Shown: piece by piece, positions 26,323-40,120 of the stretch
Position numbering within the stretch: position 1 is the first letter of the stretch
How the letters are laid out: each line of letters begins with the position of its first letter
Program-made: the position numbers and the translations under genes
Notes under the pieces: generated by a model
Told to the model about the DNA's origin: nothing
Databases searched by the model: none
Seen by the model: only the letters and a program-made list of their open reading frames with translations
Assembly: GCF_009914755.1 (NCBI RefSeq)
Contig: NC_060931.1
Direction: 5' to 3' (one strand)
DNA: 64,000 nt
Source of the DNA: the human T2T-CHM13v2.0 reference genome, Homo sapiens

Positions 26323-29300
26323 AAAAAATGTTACGTTTTCTGATTCAAGTGCCACCTTGATGATATGTTGGATAGTTCTAAAAAGCAATACAATTTTTTT
26401 GAGCCTCAGCTTTCTCATTTATAAAATAGGGATGTTAATCAAACCTACCTTATCTCCCATATTGAACCATTCAAGGGGAATAGCTGAGATAATGCAAATG
26501 ACAGGTTTTGGTAAATTGTAAATTACATACAAATGTTTGTTATTATAATGAAGTAGACTCTGCTGAGTGAATGGCAAATTAACTCTTAAATACTTTTAGT
26601 TTCATAAGAAGGGCATTGGTTCTTTTAGATTATTGCTGATTTCTAACAAAAAGAATTGTGATCCTACAGTGCTAGTGAACTAGAGAGAGGGGATAATGCA
26701 CTCAACAAAGTGTCAGCCCTATATGAAGAGTATGACATGTAGGAGTTTTAGATTATGACTTTTAGGAGTTAGCATCATTAATGAATTACAGGCTTCTACT
26801 GTAATGCTGACATCATTCTGGTTAAGAAATGTACTTCAGGATTAAAGGGATATATTTAGGAAGAGAAATGTGTAGCTACGGCAAGTCTCATTTTGATACT
26901 TAAGGGAAAGGCAACTATTAGGGGAAATGATTTAGTAAAGTTAAATAATTTTCTTAAAGTTATAAAGTACAGTCTTACATTATCAATCTTGGGTTCAACT
27001 GAACTAATTAATTAAGGCTGTGCATGCACACCATCAGATTGTTACTGCATAATTTACTCACTGAGAAAAGTCTATTTAATTTCCAATTCCTGAGACTATA
27101 ATGAATCATTGATGTGACTAATTTACCTTCCTTGAATTGACTGATAGGTTTTAATTGAAGTGATCAGTAATGTGGGTATATTAATCCCATTTTATGTTTT
27201 ATATATATTATTAAGAAATCAAGAATTTTGAAGTATTGGAACATGTTCTAGTTTATAGGGAGATTGAAGAATCTTATAACCTCTCAACTAGAATTTCTTC
27301 TCTAGACTTACATATATCAACTAGTTCCAATGCCTACTCACAATTACTAAATTGAGAGAGAGGGTTATGTTGGTAGCAATACTGAGAAAGGAAGGCTAAC
27401 AGAAAAATGTCTACTATTATTCTTTGTGACAGAACTCTTGTCCACACTGCCAATGCGCCAACCTCAGTGAATTCAGTATATAATGACTCCAAACAATAAA
27501 AAATATGGCAAGCACAAGTTATGTTTTCCAAATCAGGAAGCATTTTGAAAAGAAACATTTTTTTTTTTTTTTGGTTCTTTGAAATAGTGAAAGTGCGTAT
27601 TGGAGAATCTTATTTTCTTACATAAATTAGGAGCTTATATTATCCTATTCATCTTTGTATAAATTCTGTCAATTTCCAAGCCTGTCCCATTGTGGGTACT
27701 TATATATTGTTGTTGAATTCATAGGGAAAAGAATAATCTAACCCCATGGTGCAGGCCCCATTCACAGGAACCATTACTATATAATTCCCCACATTTCAGC
27801 TGGACTATGCACTGTTTGTAGGGAGAATATTGTTCTAACTTTCCTATATTTTGGTTTTCATATGAGAACTCTTATTATTGGGAGTGATATAAGTGTATCA
27901 ATTAAACGCAGTCTGATTAAATGCAGCAGAAAGCAGCAGCATAACTAAAATCAAATCTTGTCTTAGAAATAAGAAAAACTCAACATAAGGATGAATACAT
28001 TTAATCCTCATTTTAAATAATATACTATCCTCTACAGAAAAACATTTATTATAGAATAACAGGTCTGCCTTGGACTTCATTGAAGAGGCTATTTTATTTT
28101 TCTTTCATATTTAAAGAATATCATTTTATCTATAAGATGCCCTCATAATATGAATTCTGAGGACCATATTACTTAATTTAATTGAAAATTATTTTATGCC
28201 TACTCTGTTTCTGTTCTCGCAAGATTTTTTCTGTATTCTAATTTTTCCTCTATATCCACATTCCGCTTCAAAGTTTATATTGTCCTCCTCACATGTTCCC
28301 TTTTATTTGCTTATCTCTTTTATCCTTGAATTTGTTTATTAACGTTTCCTCATTTTTAATATTACATATATTAATATTAATATAATTAATATACCTGTTT
28401 TTATAAACAGCCACTGAAAAATGCTATGTACTATGTTATATTAGGTTCTTCATATAAAAATACAAAAGCTAAATTCTTATTAAAATTTAGTATTGGGAAC
28501 ATTGACAATTTATTCTATCATTCTCCCTCTCTTTCTCTCTCTCTCTCTCTCTCTGTCACTATGTGTGTGTGAATGAATATGTGTATACTTTCTTTAGTTA
28601 TCGAGAAACTTAGTCTCAGATCTCAGTGTTTTAATTCAGTTTCACAAAAATTCTGTGTATATATTTTTATTTATTACTTCTTCCCTATTTTTCATTGACT
28701 CCCGCTCTCCTGACCATTGTATTAATGATTCTAATATATGCCTTTATTTTAAAGCTTCACCAACTCCTTTTTGCAAATAAGCGTGTTATGAATTTAAAAT
28801 GAAAACATGATATTTTTTACATACAACTCAGTGACATTCACTATTTTCAGCTTTCTCACTTTTTTTTTTTTTGCTTTCTTTTATTTGTAGGCTTGTCCGC
28901 TTACTATTAATACCTGCTCGCCGTCCTCTTTCCTTGCCTCCCCTTTCTCCTCTCTTCCTTCCTTAGATGTTCAAATATTTTCTCTGTTCAGCATTAATTA
29001 CCATAGTCTCAATTTTCTTATCCTTTCCTATCGTCTGATGTGGGGAAGTGATGTGTGGATAATAAGCTACATGCATCTCTTTGCCTCCTGTTGGTTCATA
29101 ACAGTGTGAGAACATATTACTGCTTGATCCACTGAAAGGAGAGGATGGTTGCTGGCTTGTCCACAGGGCCAGAATCATAAAGGGATCCTGAGAGATCAAC
29201 GGGCTATGTCTCCCAGGGTTCCACTCTGCATTACTAAACCATTAGAACTATATTGCACACATTTACTACTTTTTGCAAGGACAGAATGAGGTAAACAAGG

Positions 29301-30267
29301 ATGGATGCCGGATTGCTGCCAGCTTTCACCAGCGCTAATGTACAATCTTAAGCATTTAAACCCAACTGCGAATCAATATCACCATCTCCCCAGAAAATAC
29401 AAGACCAGACTGGGAAAAGCTATGATACAGGATTTTTTAAAAATTTCCATCACATCCTCCCATTGAGAACATTTCTCTCTTCATAACTGATTGGCCAATA
29501 GGCTTATTGGGTAGGCTTATTAGGGTAAAGGAGTAGTTGGAATCTAGCCTAAAAAGGTAAGTACAGTCAGATAGGATATGAATATTTTGTTTTGTTTTCC
29601 TGAGGTCTTACTCATGTGCATAATGTACCTAATGAACAATCCATCATGGAGCAGACATGATCAACTTGAAAACTCAATAAAAGTAGACACATGACACATA
29701 AGACCTTTGTTTTAGCAAATAACTGATTTCTACTGAGAAAGAGAGAAAGGTTTTAAGGAATGGGGAAAATGAATGAAGGAACAGAAAACAGAAAGGACCA
29801 CCATGTCCATGTGGAATATAACGCCTTGTCTTCCCAACCAGATCATAAAGCACTGAAACTCGGTGCTGTTCACTTTAAAGTTTTAGGTGCCTTGGAAGGG
29901 TTTCTCAAGCTAATGAATTACATAATGAGTCCTTATATCTCATTATTTAAAAGAGACAGAAAGTTGAAATTCTCTACTTCAGCTCATACCTAAGGTCCTC
30001 TATTTAACATATGGATATTTGATGAAATTGTGACTTAAAATTACTAGTTACTAACAACTAGTATTTTGTTTCATCTTTTCATAATAAAGAGCAGTAAAAA
30101 GTTAGGTGACTGAATTTTACCTTAAAACTATACTTAAATTCTAAGATATAAAGTCTTTTATAATTCATACTCCTGTGTTCACCCATCTCACTGTTGCTAC
30201 CCTCAGAATTTCATGCTCGTAAAGTGGCTCATAACCATTTGCTGAAAATATTTCCCTGAAGTAACAG

Positions 30268-30422
30268 TTTTTTAAAAAAATATTTATTTATTTACTTATT
30301 TATTTTATTAGAGACAGTGTCCCTACGTTGCTCAGGTTGGTCTCAAACTCCTGGGCTCAAGTGATCCTCCCCTGTTAGCTTCCTGAGTCATGGGAGTACA
30401 GGTGCATGCCACCATGCCAGGC
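30268..30422 (-). mobile_element. Free left Alu monomer (FLAM-like)
   Basis: Monomer-length antisense Alu with (TTTA)n tail; TSD TGAAGT(A/G)ACAG at 30257 and 30424. Confidence 0.85.
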
Positions 30423-31752
30423 TTGAAGTGACAGATTTGATATTGTCAGTAAGACTGTTGATTCTCCAGGCTGGTGTTATAGAGAAACTTCCAGCAGCCA
30501 CTGATATATTTTAATAGAGACTGGGTTTCATCTGTTCTCTCCTTGGAGAGAACTGCAAACTGAGGTCCTCTATGCCATTGCATAAGGAAGTATAAAGATG
30601 AGAAAATCTTGCTGAAAGGTTTCTTAACAAAGTGGAAATCTGAGTGTACTGGATAAATAGCTATCATTAATGGTATAAATACTTTGTCCAGGCAATTAAT
30701 ATTTGGAACTTTTGTGTAGCTAGCTATTTCTAAAGTGCAACGTGGCAGAAAAGAATCGGCCATTTTTCTCTATATTATCCTGAATAGACAACTTTTGGAG
30801 ACCCCTAAGACATGTTATAATATTTTATCTTTCTTGTTCTTGGTTCAAGACACTGTACGAAGACAATCATTTGTCTGGCATTACTGGGGAAGAAATGACA
30901 TTCACAGTATAGAAGTGAATTTCCAAAAAGTGGTGGTATGCACTTTTAAATTTAAAATTTCTTAAATACGACCATACTAAGGTCAAGATGCTTTTACTAA
31001 ACTTTTCAATCAGATAGAAGTACTTCTTTACATGTTAGATATTATCATACATTCTAAAGCTCTAGTGAATATGGTTTACCTTAATTTGATAATTAAAATA
31101 AATATTAGAATATTAATTAGTATTCAAATTACTTGAAATCTCACATTCATAGTTATAAGGAAGCGAATATGCTCTTACTAACTTGCAAACCTAGTCAAGT
31201 TGTTCTCCTGTTTAGAATTCTTCAATAACCTCTGTTACCTATAGGATAAGTCCATATTCTAATAAGTCCTTCAAAATCATGTTTCTACTTACCACTCCAG
31301 TTTATTCTCTCTCTCCCTACCATGCTTAATTCTGTGACCCTATAAACCCATGTATAGTTCCCCCAATGTACCGTGGTGTTGTACAGGTCTATGTCTCTGG
31401 TGTTCTACTTTTCCAGAAAGCCCTTTCTCTCCATTTCTAGGGGCAATCACCCACTCAACTTTCATGATTCTATTTGTTTCACATCCTGCACTAAGCTTCT
31501 TCTGACTTGTTACCCACCTTAACTTTTATTATTTTGGCCCTTTCAGCTCTATTGGGTTCTTATGTATACTTCAGTCAAAGTGGTCATTGACCTTCGGATT
31601 GTTTATTTCTCTAGATATTTATCTCATGGTGACGTGGTCTTTTTTTTCCCTGTATTCCTCAATGTTTCTCAATAACTAGGATTTCATACTACTTCAAAAA
31701 TGCTTATAGGATTAGAAAATGCAATGTAGTGAAGCTCCCAGGGGATGCAGAA

Positions 31753-31815
31753 ATATGGTGACATTTCAATCTTATATGGTGACATTTCAACCTTATATGG
31801 TGACATTTCAACCTT
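31753..31815. repeat. 21-bp tandem repeat x3 (ATATGGTGACATTTCAACCTT)
   Basis: Visible; one mismatch in copy 1. Confidence 0.95.
31791..31800. promoter_or_regulatory. Consensus CArG box CCTTATATGG (candidate SRF site)
   Basis: Exact CC(A/T)6GG at the repeat-unit junction; function not shown. Confidence 0.4.
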
Positions 31816-32826
31816 AATGAAATAACCCCTGCTATTCTGATAGCTGTGCATTTTTGTGACTGATTTTCAGGTTTTTTCATCTTTTCCTGTTTTTTCAGGC
31901 TCTTGTCAGCTGTTGCTGTCAACATATGAACTCTGTGTGTCCCCTTAGTTATGATAGTGAAACATTTTGCACCTCAGCTCCTTTATTTTATAGTTATTAG
32001 TAAAACAAATCGAGGGTGCATAATGAAGTGATTAAGTAGTTGACCACCCATGTTTGCAAGTGACTGAGATTCTGAACTCAAATGAGGTCTCACATTCATT
32101 TACATAGTCTGAGAACATACTGTGTTCATCATCAGTGATGAGTGGAGCTCATCAGCTCTGCATTGTGAATTTATACTGACCACATTTTTGAGGCTCTAGA
32201 TGGCATATTGAAACTGCAGCTTAGAACATCTCTGGGGGAATCATGAAGGCACTGACCCCGGGGTCTGTTGCCCTACTGCCTTTTGCCCTTACAGGCTGGG
32301 CCACACTTCTTTTGTTCTCTACACCCTAAGCATGTGTAAACCATATTTGCATGTTAATTATTTTGGGAAAAGCAATTATAGCCACCTTAAGCTCATCACA
32401 CCTTAGATTCCTATCATTGTTTCTCAAAGCATAAGCTCAAAAAGCCTCTAGTGACTCAGTTTCCTCTGTGGTCTCAAACTCATGACACTCAGTGTTTCCT
32501 CTTCAAATTCTTCATCAGCTCACTTCTGCCAAAGCTTTCCACCATCACCTTCACATTTCTTGTTACTATCACGAAAAATTCTCCTTCCCAAGGAGACGTG
32601 TGAGAGGGAGGATATTTAGCTGTTTTCCTAAATATCCCTTCTAACTTCTGATGTTACTTTCCCTTAGGGGCACCACTTTCTCTGCAGCCATCTCAAATGG
32701 AAGATGCCCTAGAACCTCAGGAATGAGATGTGGATATTGGAGTCCTCCAAGCTTCCTAGAAAATGCTTCCAGACTCTTCTACACAGTGGTGGAAAACACC
32801 CTGCTCTCCTGTCGCTCAAACCTTGC

Positions 32827-32920
32827 TCTTCTCACCCCTGTCATTTACTAACCTCCAGGTCGTTCTGTCTCCTTCTTCTCACCCCTGTCATTTACTAACC
32901 TCCAGGTCGTTCTGTCTCCT
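32827..32920. repeat. Perfect 47-bp tandem duplication
   Basis: TCTTCTCACCCCTGTCATTTACTAACCTCCAGGTCGTTCTGTCTCCT x2. Confidence 0.95.
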
Positions 32921-33464
32921 ACACCTGGCACAATCTCCTTAACTCTGCTTTGAGTCTTCCCATCATCCTGGGTGCCTGAAGTGTCCACACCTATAGTAAT
33001 TTAGTCTCTCAATCCCTTCTCTTCATTGTCTCCAGTGAGGTCTGCCTTTACTCCATTTCAATCATCCAAACCCGGAAGACCATCAACATCTGGAACAGCT
33101 TACATGATCTCTTAAAATCCCCCAAAAAATCATTCCATTCTCTGAAGTTCAAGTTGACAGCTCCCCATTCTTACAGCTCTCTTATTCCAATTGCATGTGT
33201 CCCTCGTGCATGAGGACTTTCAGCATGTGGCCTCTTTAATTTACCCGTATTGCTAGTTCCCTTCTTTCTGCAATTCTCCCTCTCACTGGTTTAGATTCTA
33301 AGATACATCACTGCAATACTCTTGCTATTACTTCACATTACTTTCCCCACTGCCTTCTTGTCACCCCTACTCAGAAAATCACCTTTTCTGGATAAAAAGT
33401 CAGCCTTCTCTGATGCTACTTTTTGCCCCCAAATTGATGCTGTAGAAATATACCATTCATGCAA

Positions 33465-33764
33465 TTTTCTTTCTTTCTTTCTTTCTTTCTTTCTTTTTTT
33501 TGAGACAGATTCTCACTCTCACACCCGGGCTGAAGTGCAGTGGCATATCTGCTCACTGCAACCTTCCCCTCCCAGGTTCAAGTGCCTCAGCCTCCCGAGT
33601 AGCTGGGATTACAGGTGCGCATGCCTGGCTAATTTTTGTATTTCTAGTACAGACAGGGTTTTGCCATGCTGGCCAGACTCATCTCAAACTCCTGACCTCA
33701 AGTGATCTGCCTGCCTCATTCTCCCAAAGTGCTGGGATTACAGGCATAAGCCACTGTGCCCACC
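33465..33764 (-). mobile_element. AluS with (TTTC)n tail
   Basis: Antisense Alu; TSD CCATTCATGCAA at 33453 and 33765. Confidence 0.93.
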
Positions 33765-35431
33765 CCATTCATGCAAATTAGAACAACTGCAAAGTCATGC
33801 TCTCCAGCCTCAACTGACCCCTGGGAGATGCTCAGGAGTCAGCATTGATATCTATTCTCTTCCAAAGCTCATTTGCTCAAGCAGCAACTTTGGTGTCATC
33901 CTTGACTCTGCTTTCTGTCCTGCAACACATCTCATCTGTCAATTTTACTGTACAAGCATTTCCCAAATCCCTTTGCATTTGCTCTGGCACTACCTTAGTT
34001 TGGTCCAACATCATATTTCCCCTAGATTCATGTAATAACATTTTTTTAAGTAGGCTACCTCTCTGGCCCTGCTCTTCTCTACATAAGTAACTAGTGTTAT
34101 TGCTTGGAAATGCAAATCTGTTCACTGGCTTAAAGCTTCTTGTACTTCTTAGTAAAAAAGCCAAAGCTCCTTTATATAACATTCAACATCCTCTGGGATC
34201 TTCTGCCATAGCTTACTATTCATTTATATCTTTCCATACTCTATGTCTACACACATTTATCTACAGTTCCCTCATCTTCCTGCCCTGTCTGAGCTCTACC
34301 ACACATCATATTCTGGCTTTCCTCTGCATCTTGGCGCCTGTGACTCTCTCAAATTGGCCTAGATAATGGCAACTTATCTTTTAATTGATGAATTGGAGGT
34401 TATTATTCTGGGAAGCATTCCTGGACTCTTTCCTGAGCAACTAGGAGCAATTAGAAAGTTTTACTGACACTCTGATCTTATTACCAAAGGCTCTGTATGT
34501 TGCATTGTTTTTTCTTCTTTCTTTGCATTTTTATGCTGACCTAGCCTGAGAGAGATCATTTTGGGTTTTTTCTAAGGAAAATACACTTTACAAAGGGATC
34601 GTAGAAGGTGATTCATATACTTGCTGAATCCTCTGAGTATCAATGTACTTATCTATTAAATGGGGATTATAATAGGAATGGTGTAAAAGGGGTGCTGTTA
34701 TGATTAAATAAACTATCACATGTTAAATGCTTAGCAAATTCAACCCTTAAATAAACCTTAATTACAATGCCATTTGGTAGATTTAATAGGGCAGAGCATT
34801 ATCAGATCATTGTCATAAGTCTCACGCCAGATTTTATGGAAGATATTTTCTTTAAGTCATTTAGCCACACATCTGGCAGCCACAAGGAGAGTACTACTAC
34901 ATCTTATAAAAGCCGAGGTCATAAATGATTTAAAAAAAAATACAACTGATACTTATTAGCTTTTTTTTTTTTTTTCCTACTGTGGTCAGTAAAGATGTGA
35001 AATTCCCAAGCCAGATTTTGTGTTCTGGTGACCACAATAGTCATGTCATGAACTGTGTACATTCCTCACACCCTCCCTGGAATGTGCTCCCTGCTCTGTC
35101 TACACAAACGGATCAGAGGATTCAGGTATGAAATTTCCTTGTTAGCCAAGCAACTGATGAGCTGTTTCAATCCAATCAATTTTTTTTTTACCCTAATTCA
35201 GCCAATGTTAAGCACAGAGAGTTGAGTAGCTTCTTAGAAAGAATTGGTCACTTGACACAAAGAGACTTACACTGCATTAAGGAACCCCCAAAGCTACAGA
35301 ATAGAATCCACACACTAAAATCTCAACTTGCATGTGCATATACCATGTATCCTAATGATATTTTCATTAGTGTTGCAAGTGCCTTTTTTATGTTTTTATT
35401 TTAAAAAGACTTTCATAATTTAAAAGACAAA

Positions 35432-35740
35432 AATGGTGTCTCATGCTTTTAATCCCAGCAAATTGGGAGGTCTAGGTGGGAGGATTGTTTGAAGTCAAGA
35501 GTTCAAATCCAGCCTGGGCAACCAGGCAAGAGCCCTGTCTCTACAAAATTTTTATTTTAATTAGCTAGGTGTGGCGGTGTGTGCCTATAGTCCTATCTAC
35601 TCAAGGAGACTTAGGTGGCAGGATCATTTGAGTTCAGGAGTTTGAGGCTGCAATGACCTATGATCATGCCACTGTTCTCTAGCCTGGGTGACAGAGTGAG
35701 ACTCTTCCTCTAAAAATAACAATAAGTAAATAAAATAAAA
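35432..35740 (+). mobile_element. AluJ (old, diverged)
   Basis: Dimeric Alu with J diagnostics (GGAGGATTG, GAGTTTGAGGCTGCAATG). Confidence 0.88.
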
Positions 35741-35891
35741 TTATTCTTAAATGAGATAAACTGCACTTTTAAATTCTCATCTTCTGCAAATAAGCATGTT
35801 AAAAATAACTTCCTGTCTGTTCACCCAAATACATATGTTTCCTAAGAAACAACATGTGTGTGCAAATGTGGTATGTACACACATTATTTCT

Positions 35892-36216
35892 TTTTTTTTC
35901 AGTTGTATGTATTTTTTTTATTATTATACTTTAAGTTTTAGGGTACATGTGCACAACGTGCAGGTTAGTTACATATGTATACATGTGCCATGTTGGTGTG
36001 CTGCACCCAGTAACTCGTCATTTAACATTAGGTATATCTCCAAATGCTATCCCTCCCCCCTCCCCCACCCCACAACAGGCCCTGATGTGTGATGTTCCCC
36101 TTCCTGTGTCCAAGTGTTCTCATTGTTCAATTCCCACCTATGAGTGAGAACATGCGTTGTTTGGTTTTTTGTCTTTGTGATAGTTTGCTGAGAATGATGG
36201 TTTCCAGCTTCATCCA
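35892..36216 (-). mobile_element. 5'-truncated L1PA 3' end
   Basis: TTATTATACTTTAAGTTTTAGGGTACATGTGCACAACGTGCAGG; exact 16-bp TSD TACACACATTATTTCT at 35876-35891 and 36217-36232. Confidence 0.96.
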
Positions 36217-37653
36217 TACACACATTATTTCTAATATTCCTATTAAATACCACCCCGCTGATACTTTGCCCAAAGGTTGTAGGTTTATAGTCACTTTCAC
36301 ATGTTGGGATCAGTAAATGTAAAATCACAGATTTGTCAGTGGAAGTGATTCAAACAGCTACACAGGCAGACTCCCCATACAACATGGTGGTCCCCTCTGC
36401 TGCCAGTGGTCACTGACACACTGCTTAACACCTCCAGCACTGTTTCATCCTTGCCAACACTCTGCTCCAGGCAGCCCCAATTGTCATGAAGCTCCTTCTT
36501 ATGGTGAGCCACATTTTGCTTTTCATAACTTTCATCCGTTTTTCATGGTGCTATCTTCTGGGCGTAACACAGAGTATTTCATAAGGAGTATTAATATTTC
36601 ATTTATTCTTCTTTGAACTCAGCTCTTACACTCACATCTACTCTGCCATAGTTTTATAATCATTTGTTGACTCCTCCATTCAGAAAGCACTTATCAAATT
36701 TTTACTGAATACAAGGTATTGTGTGGTGCTATAGAAGATAAAATAATATAAGCTATGATCCTTCCCTTTAAGTAGCTAATATGCAGTAGTCTGTTAATGT
36801 CCCACTTAAAATGCAACATAATAAATGGAAATAACCCTCCAGATGTGCTCTGAGCAGTGCTGACTGTAAAATGACCGCTACTTCTCATAAACCAAACTCC
36901 CCATTTCTACTAATGAAGGCTATGTTTATGTTGGCCTTATCATAGCTATCCAACCGGATGCCAGATATCCGGTTGCTGGCCAAGTAGAAACTTCTATCTT
37001 TTTTTATCTTATCTAGTTAATCTAGGTACTGGTCAAATTCATGTCTAGACCTTTGGGTGTTATCAACCCCATATTTCTTAGAGAAATTTGGGGCTCAATA
37101 AAGTTGTATAACATATACTTAATACTACAGAACAATTAAGTGGTAAGTAAAAGGAGATCTAACTTTTCAAAGGGTATGTTAATTGATTATTCTTTCATTT
37201 TGTCCAAAAACAAAGAACAATGTAAAACTATAAACAGCTTTTTTTTTTCTAAATGGGAAGTCTACAATAGAAAATAAGGGGTGTTTTGAGATAGCCATTC
37301 ATGACCCTCCAATATCATGTAAGTAAGAGAGGATCCCACCCCATTGACTGGGTAGTGGGAAACTAATCCCTGGCACCTCCTGTCTCTGCAGAAATATTCA
37401 GGGCTTTTTAGCTAAAACAGCTCTTGACTCACTTTCAAGTCTCCTTATCTTTGTCTCACTGCATCTCCTTTTCCTCTGCTGATTTCATGCCTGACACTCA
37501 ATATTTCCTGGCATTGACTTCAAGCTTTTACTGAATGCTTGCCAGATGTAAATACACCTTCTATTTGCCTCCTGGGAGCAAAGTGCCTACAATTATTAGA
37601 TTCTGGTTTCAGGCTTTAATATGGTGTCCCTAACCCCTACTTATAGTCTAGCT

Positions 37654-37990
37654 AGCCAGGCATGGTGGCTCACACCATAATCCCAGAATTTTGGGAGGCC
37701 GAGGTGGGCAGATTGCTTGAGTCCAGGAGTTTGGGACCAGCCTGGCCAACATGGTGAAACACCACGTCTACTAAAAATACAAAAAATTAGCCAGGGATGG
37801 TGGTGCATGCCTACAGTCCCAGCTATCTGGGGGCTGAGGCAGGAGATTGCTTAAACCTGGGAGGTCGAGGCTACAGTGAGTCCTGATCATGCACTCCAGA
37901 CTGACAGTAAGACAGAGTAAGACCCTGTCTCAAAAATAAAATAAATAGATAAAAATTAAAAATAAAAATAAATAAAAATTTAAAATTAAA
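37654..37990 (+). mobile_element. Alu (J/S) with long degenerate A-rich tail
   Basis: Dimeric Alu consensus. Confidence 0.9.
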
Positions 37991-39924
37991 ACATAAGATA
38001 AATCTAACTCAAATTAATTTAGTTGACATATTTTTGAGCACCTATGACGTGTCAGGCAGGAATAGACTGCTGCCCATAGAAAGGTAGAATCATAAACATT
38101 TTGGCATCACTGTCTGGGTTGAAGAACTGATCAATCTCTGTCCCAGTGTGGAAATCCATGCATTCTATTCCATCACATAAATCTATGTTTATAACTCTCA
38201 GATCTTGGACTTTGCAACATTTGACTATTTCTAACTAGGTACTCAGGTAAATAAGTTAAAAAAGGAGTCCTATTATTCCATGTCTTATAACTGAGGCAGT
38301 GGAGTTCAAATTTCTCATGAAAATGGTAGCATGAAACATTGCAAAGGAGGTGATAGGAATGAATTATATGGAAGAAATTAGCTACTTTTGGAAGAGAATT
38401 GAGACCCAGGAGTTTATTATATCTGTCTCAACTCCTCTGCGTACTATATACTCTGCTGTGAGCGTCCAGGAAACAGGCAGTCATTGTGCTTGCAATGCCT
38501 CCTGATGGTGCTCCTGCTGCAGCTGTCAGATGTATGGAGACATAATTGATGAAATTCTATTTATACCCAAAGATAAACTTAGAAAACCAAGCCATGCTGC
38601 CTAAACTAGCATATTCAGTGGATCCCCTTGTTGCAGTCTCTACCATCCAAGTGACAACATCTACAATACACATTTTCTATTTGCCTTAAAGTCACCAATT
38701 GCTTCATACCTTAGAATATGCTAATAGTGTAACAGGACGTCAGCTCCTGATGTCAGATGGCCTGGGTTTACATTTTTACTCTTTTCAGGAATATGATCTT
38801 GAGTAAATTTATCAACTACTTCATAAGCTATAATATGCAAAGCTCTTAAAACAGCACCTACATACACAGTAAGCACTCAATATGTATTAGTTGTTACTTT
38901 TATGCTCATTATTATTAGTTTATCTGCAGTTCAGACAGAGGAATGGGTGGTCCACCAGAAGGCTCTTGGGCCCAGAAACCTAATCTTCTGGATTATAGTC
39001 TCTGGTGTGCTAGGAGCGAACCAAGTGACTATGTGACCTTAGATAAATTGTTGAGCTTCTCTGAACCTCACTCCTTGTGTGTAAGTAAAATGGTGGTGGT
39101 GGTGTGGGTGTGTGTGTGTATGTGTGTGTGTGACAAGGTTTTAAATGCTAACATTTGTTTTGGCACCAAAAGTAATCATCATCACTACTAGTTGACTAGA
39201 CCCTAGATAATGCAACTGAAAAAAAAAGAAGAGAAATATTATTAAGTAAATTGTACTCTTACAGATCTCTCAAGGAAGCATTAAGCCCCATGGGGCATAT
39301 TTATGCCAGGATAGACAAATTATAAAATGAATTACCTTGTAACATGCTACCTATGAGCAACATTTCCAAAATAATGGTTTTATTCAAATGACAAGTTGTT
39401 TGAGATCGGTGTGGAAATGGAATCAATAGAATTCTATTTATTAGAAAAATCAGGTATACCTTCATTATTTTCATCACCAGGAAAAAATATTTAAATATAG
39501 GTATTGAAGGGAATTTTAAGATTCTGTGCAGAAAATTTCACCATGTCATAAGGATATTTAAGTTAGTTACTCCTAGGAAGCAGACTCATGATATGGACCC
39601 TGAAAACAGAATTATGAAATTTGGAGTATTTTTTATATGCTATAGTGTGTGTAATAAATAAATTCTATTAATCTGAATCAAGATTTGTCTTTACTTTTCA
39701 TATATCAGCTCTTTTCCCAGAAACAGAACTGTTTCTTGCTCTGTGGCATTACTGGAGAGAATTTTGCGCAGAGTGGATTGGGAAAGGGACATTAAATGTA
39801 TAAGAACATTAAAATACGAGCAAGAAAAAGAAGCAGAGGAAGGAGGGAGGAGCATTGGTGGAGAATCACAAGAGTAAGAACAAGAAGAAAGAAAAAAGTT
39901 GCCATAAATTGCTCTAACGGTTAA

Positions 39925-40120
39925 ACCTGGTATCAAATCCAAAAATTCTGCCTGTGTGATCTTGCACAATTTACTTAACTTCTCTGGGCCTCATGATTCC
40001 CCTAAGTGGGTTGAGATAATAATAATTTCTTTACTGGTTTTAAAGTAAATGCAATATGTAAAATATCTAGCATAGAGACTGGAAAGTAGTAGATGTTTAA
40101 TAATTTGTAGTGATTATTTT
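39925..40120 (+). mobile_element. MIR
   Basis: TGTGTGATCTTG..TTACTTAACTTCTCTGGGCCTCA. Confidence 0.7.

Larger units (their letters stand above)
32600..34480 (+). mobile_element. Long diverged L2 fragment (interrupted by an Alu)
   Basis: Pyrimidine-rich L2 ORF/3' motifs (CATCATCCTGGGTG, CACTACCTTAGTTTGGTCCAACATCAT, TTCTGGGAAGCATTCCTG). Confidence 0.6.

Noticed and set aside
26248-31815. 21-25-bp repeats as CRISPR-like arrays
   Set aside because: Head-to-tail with no unique spacers, no cas genes, and a eukaryotic context
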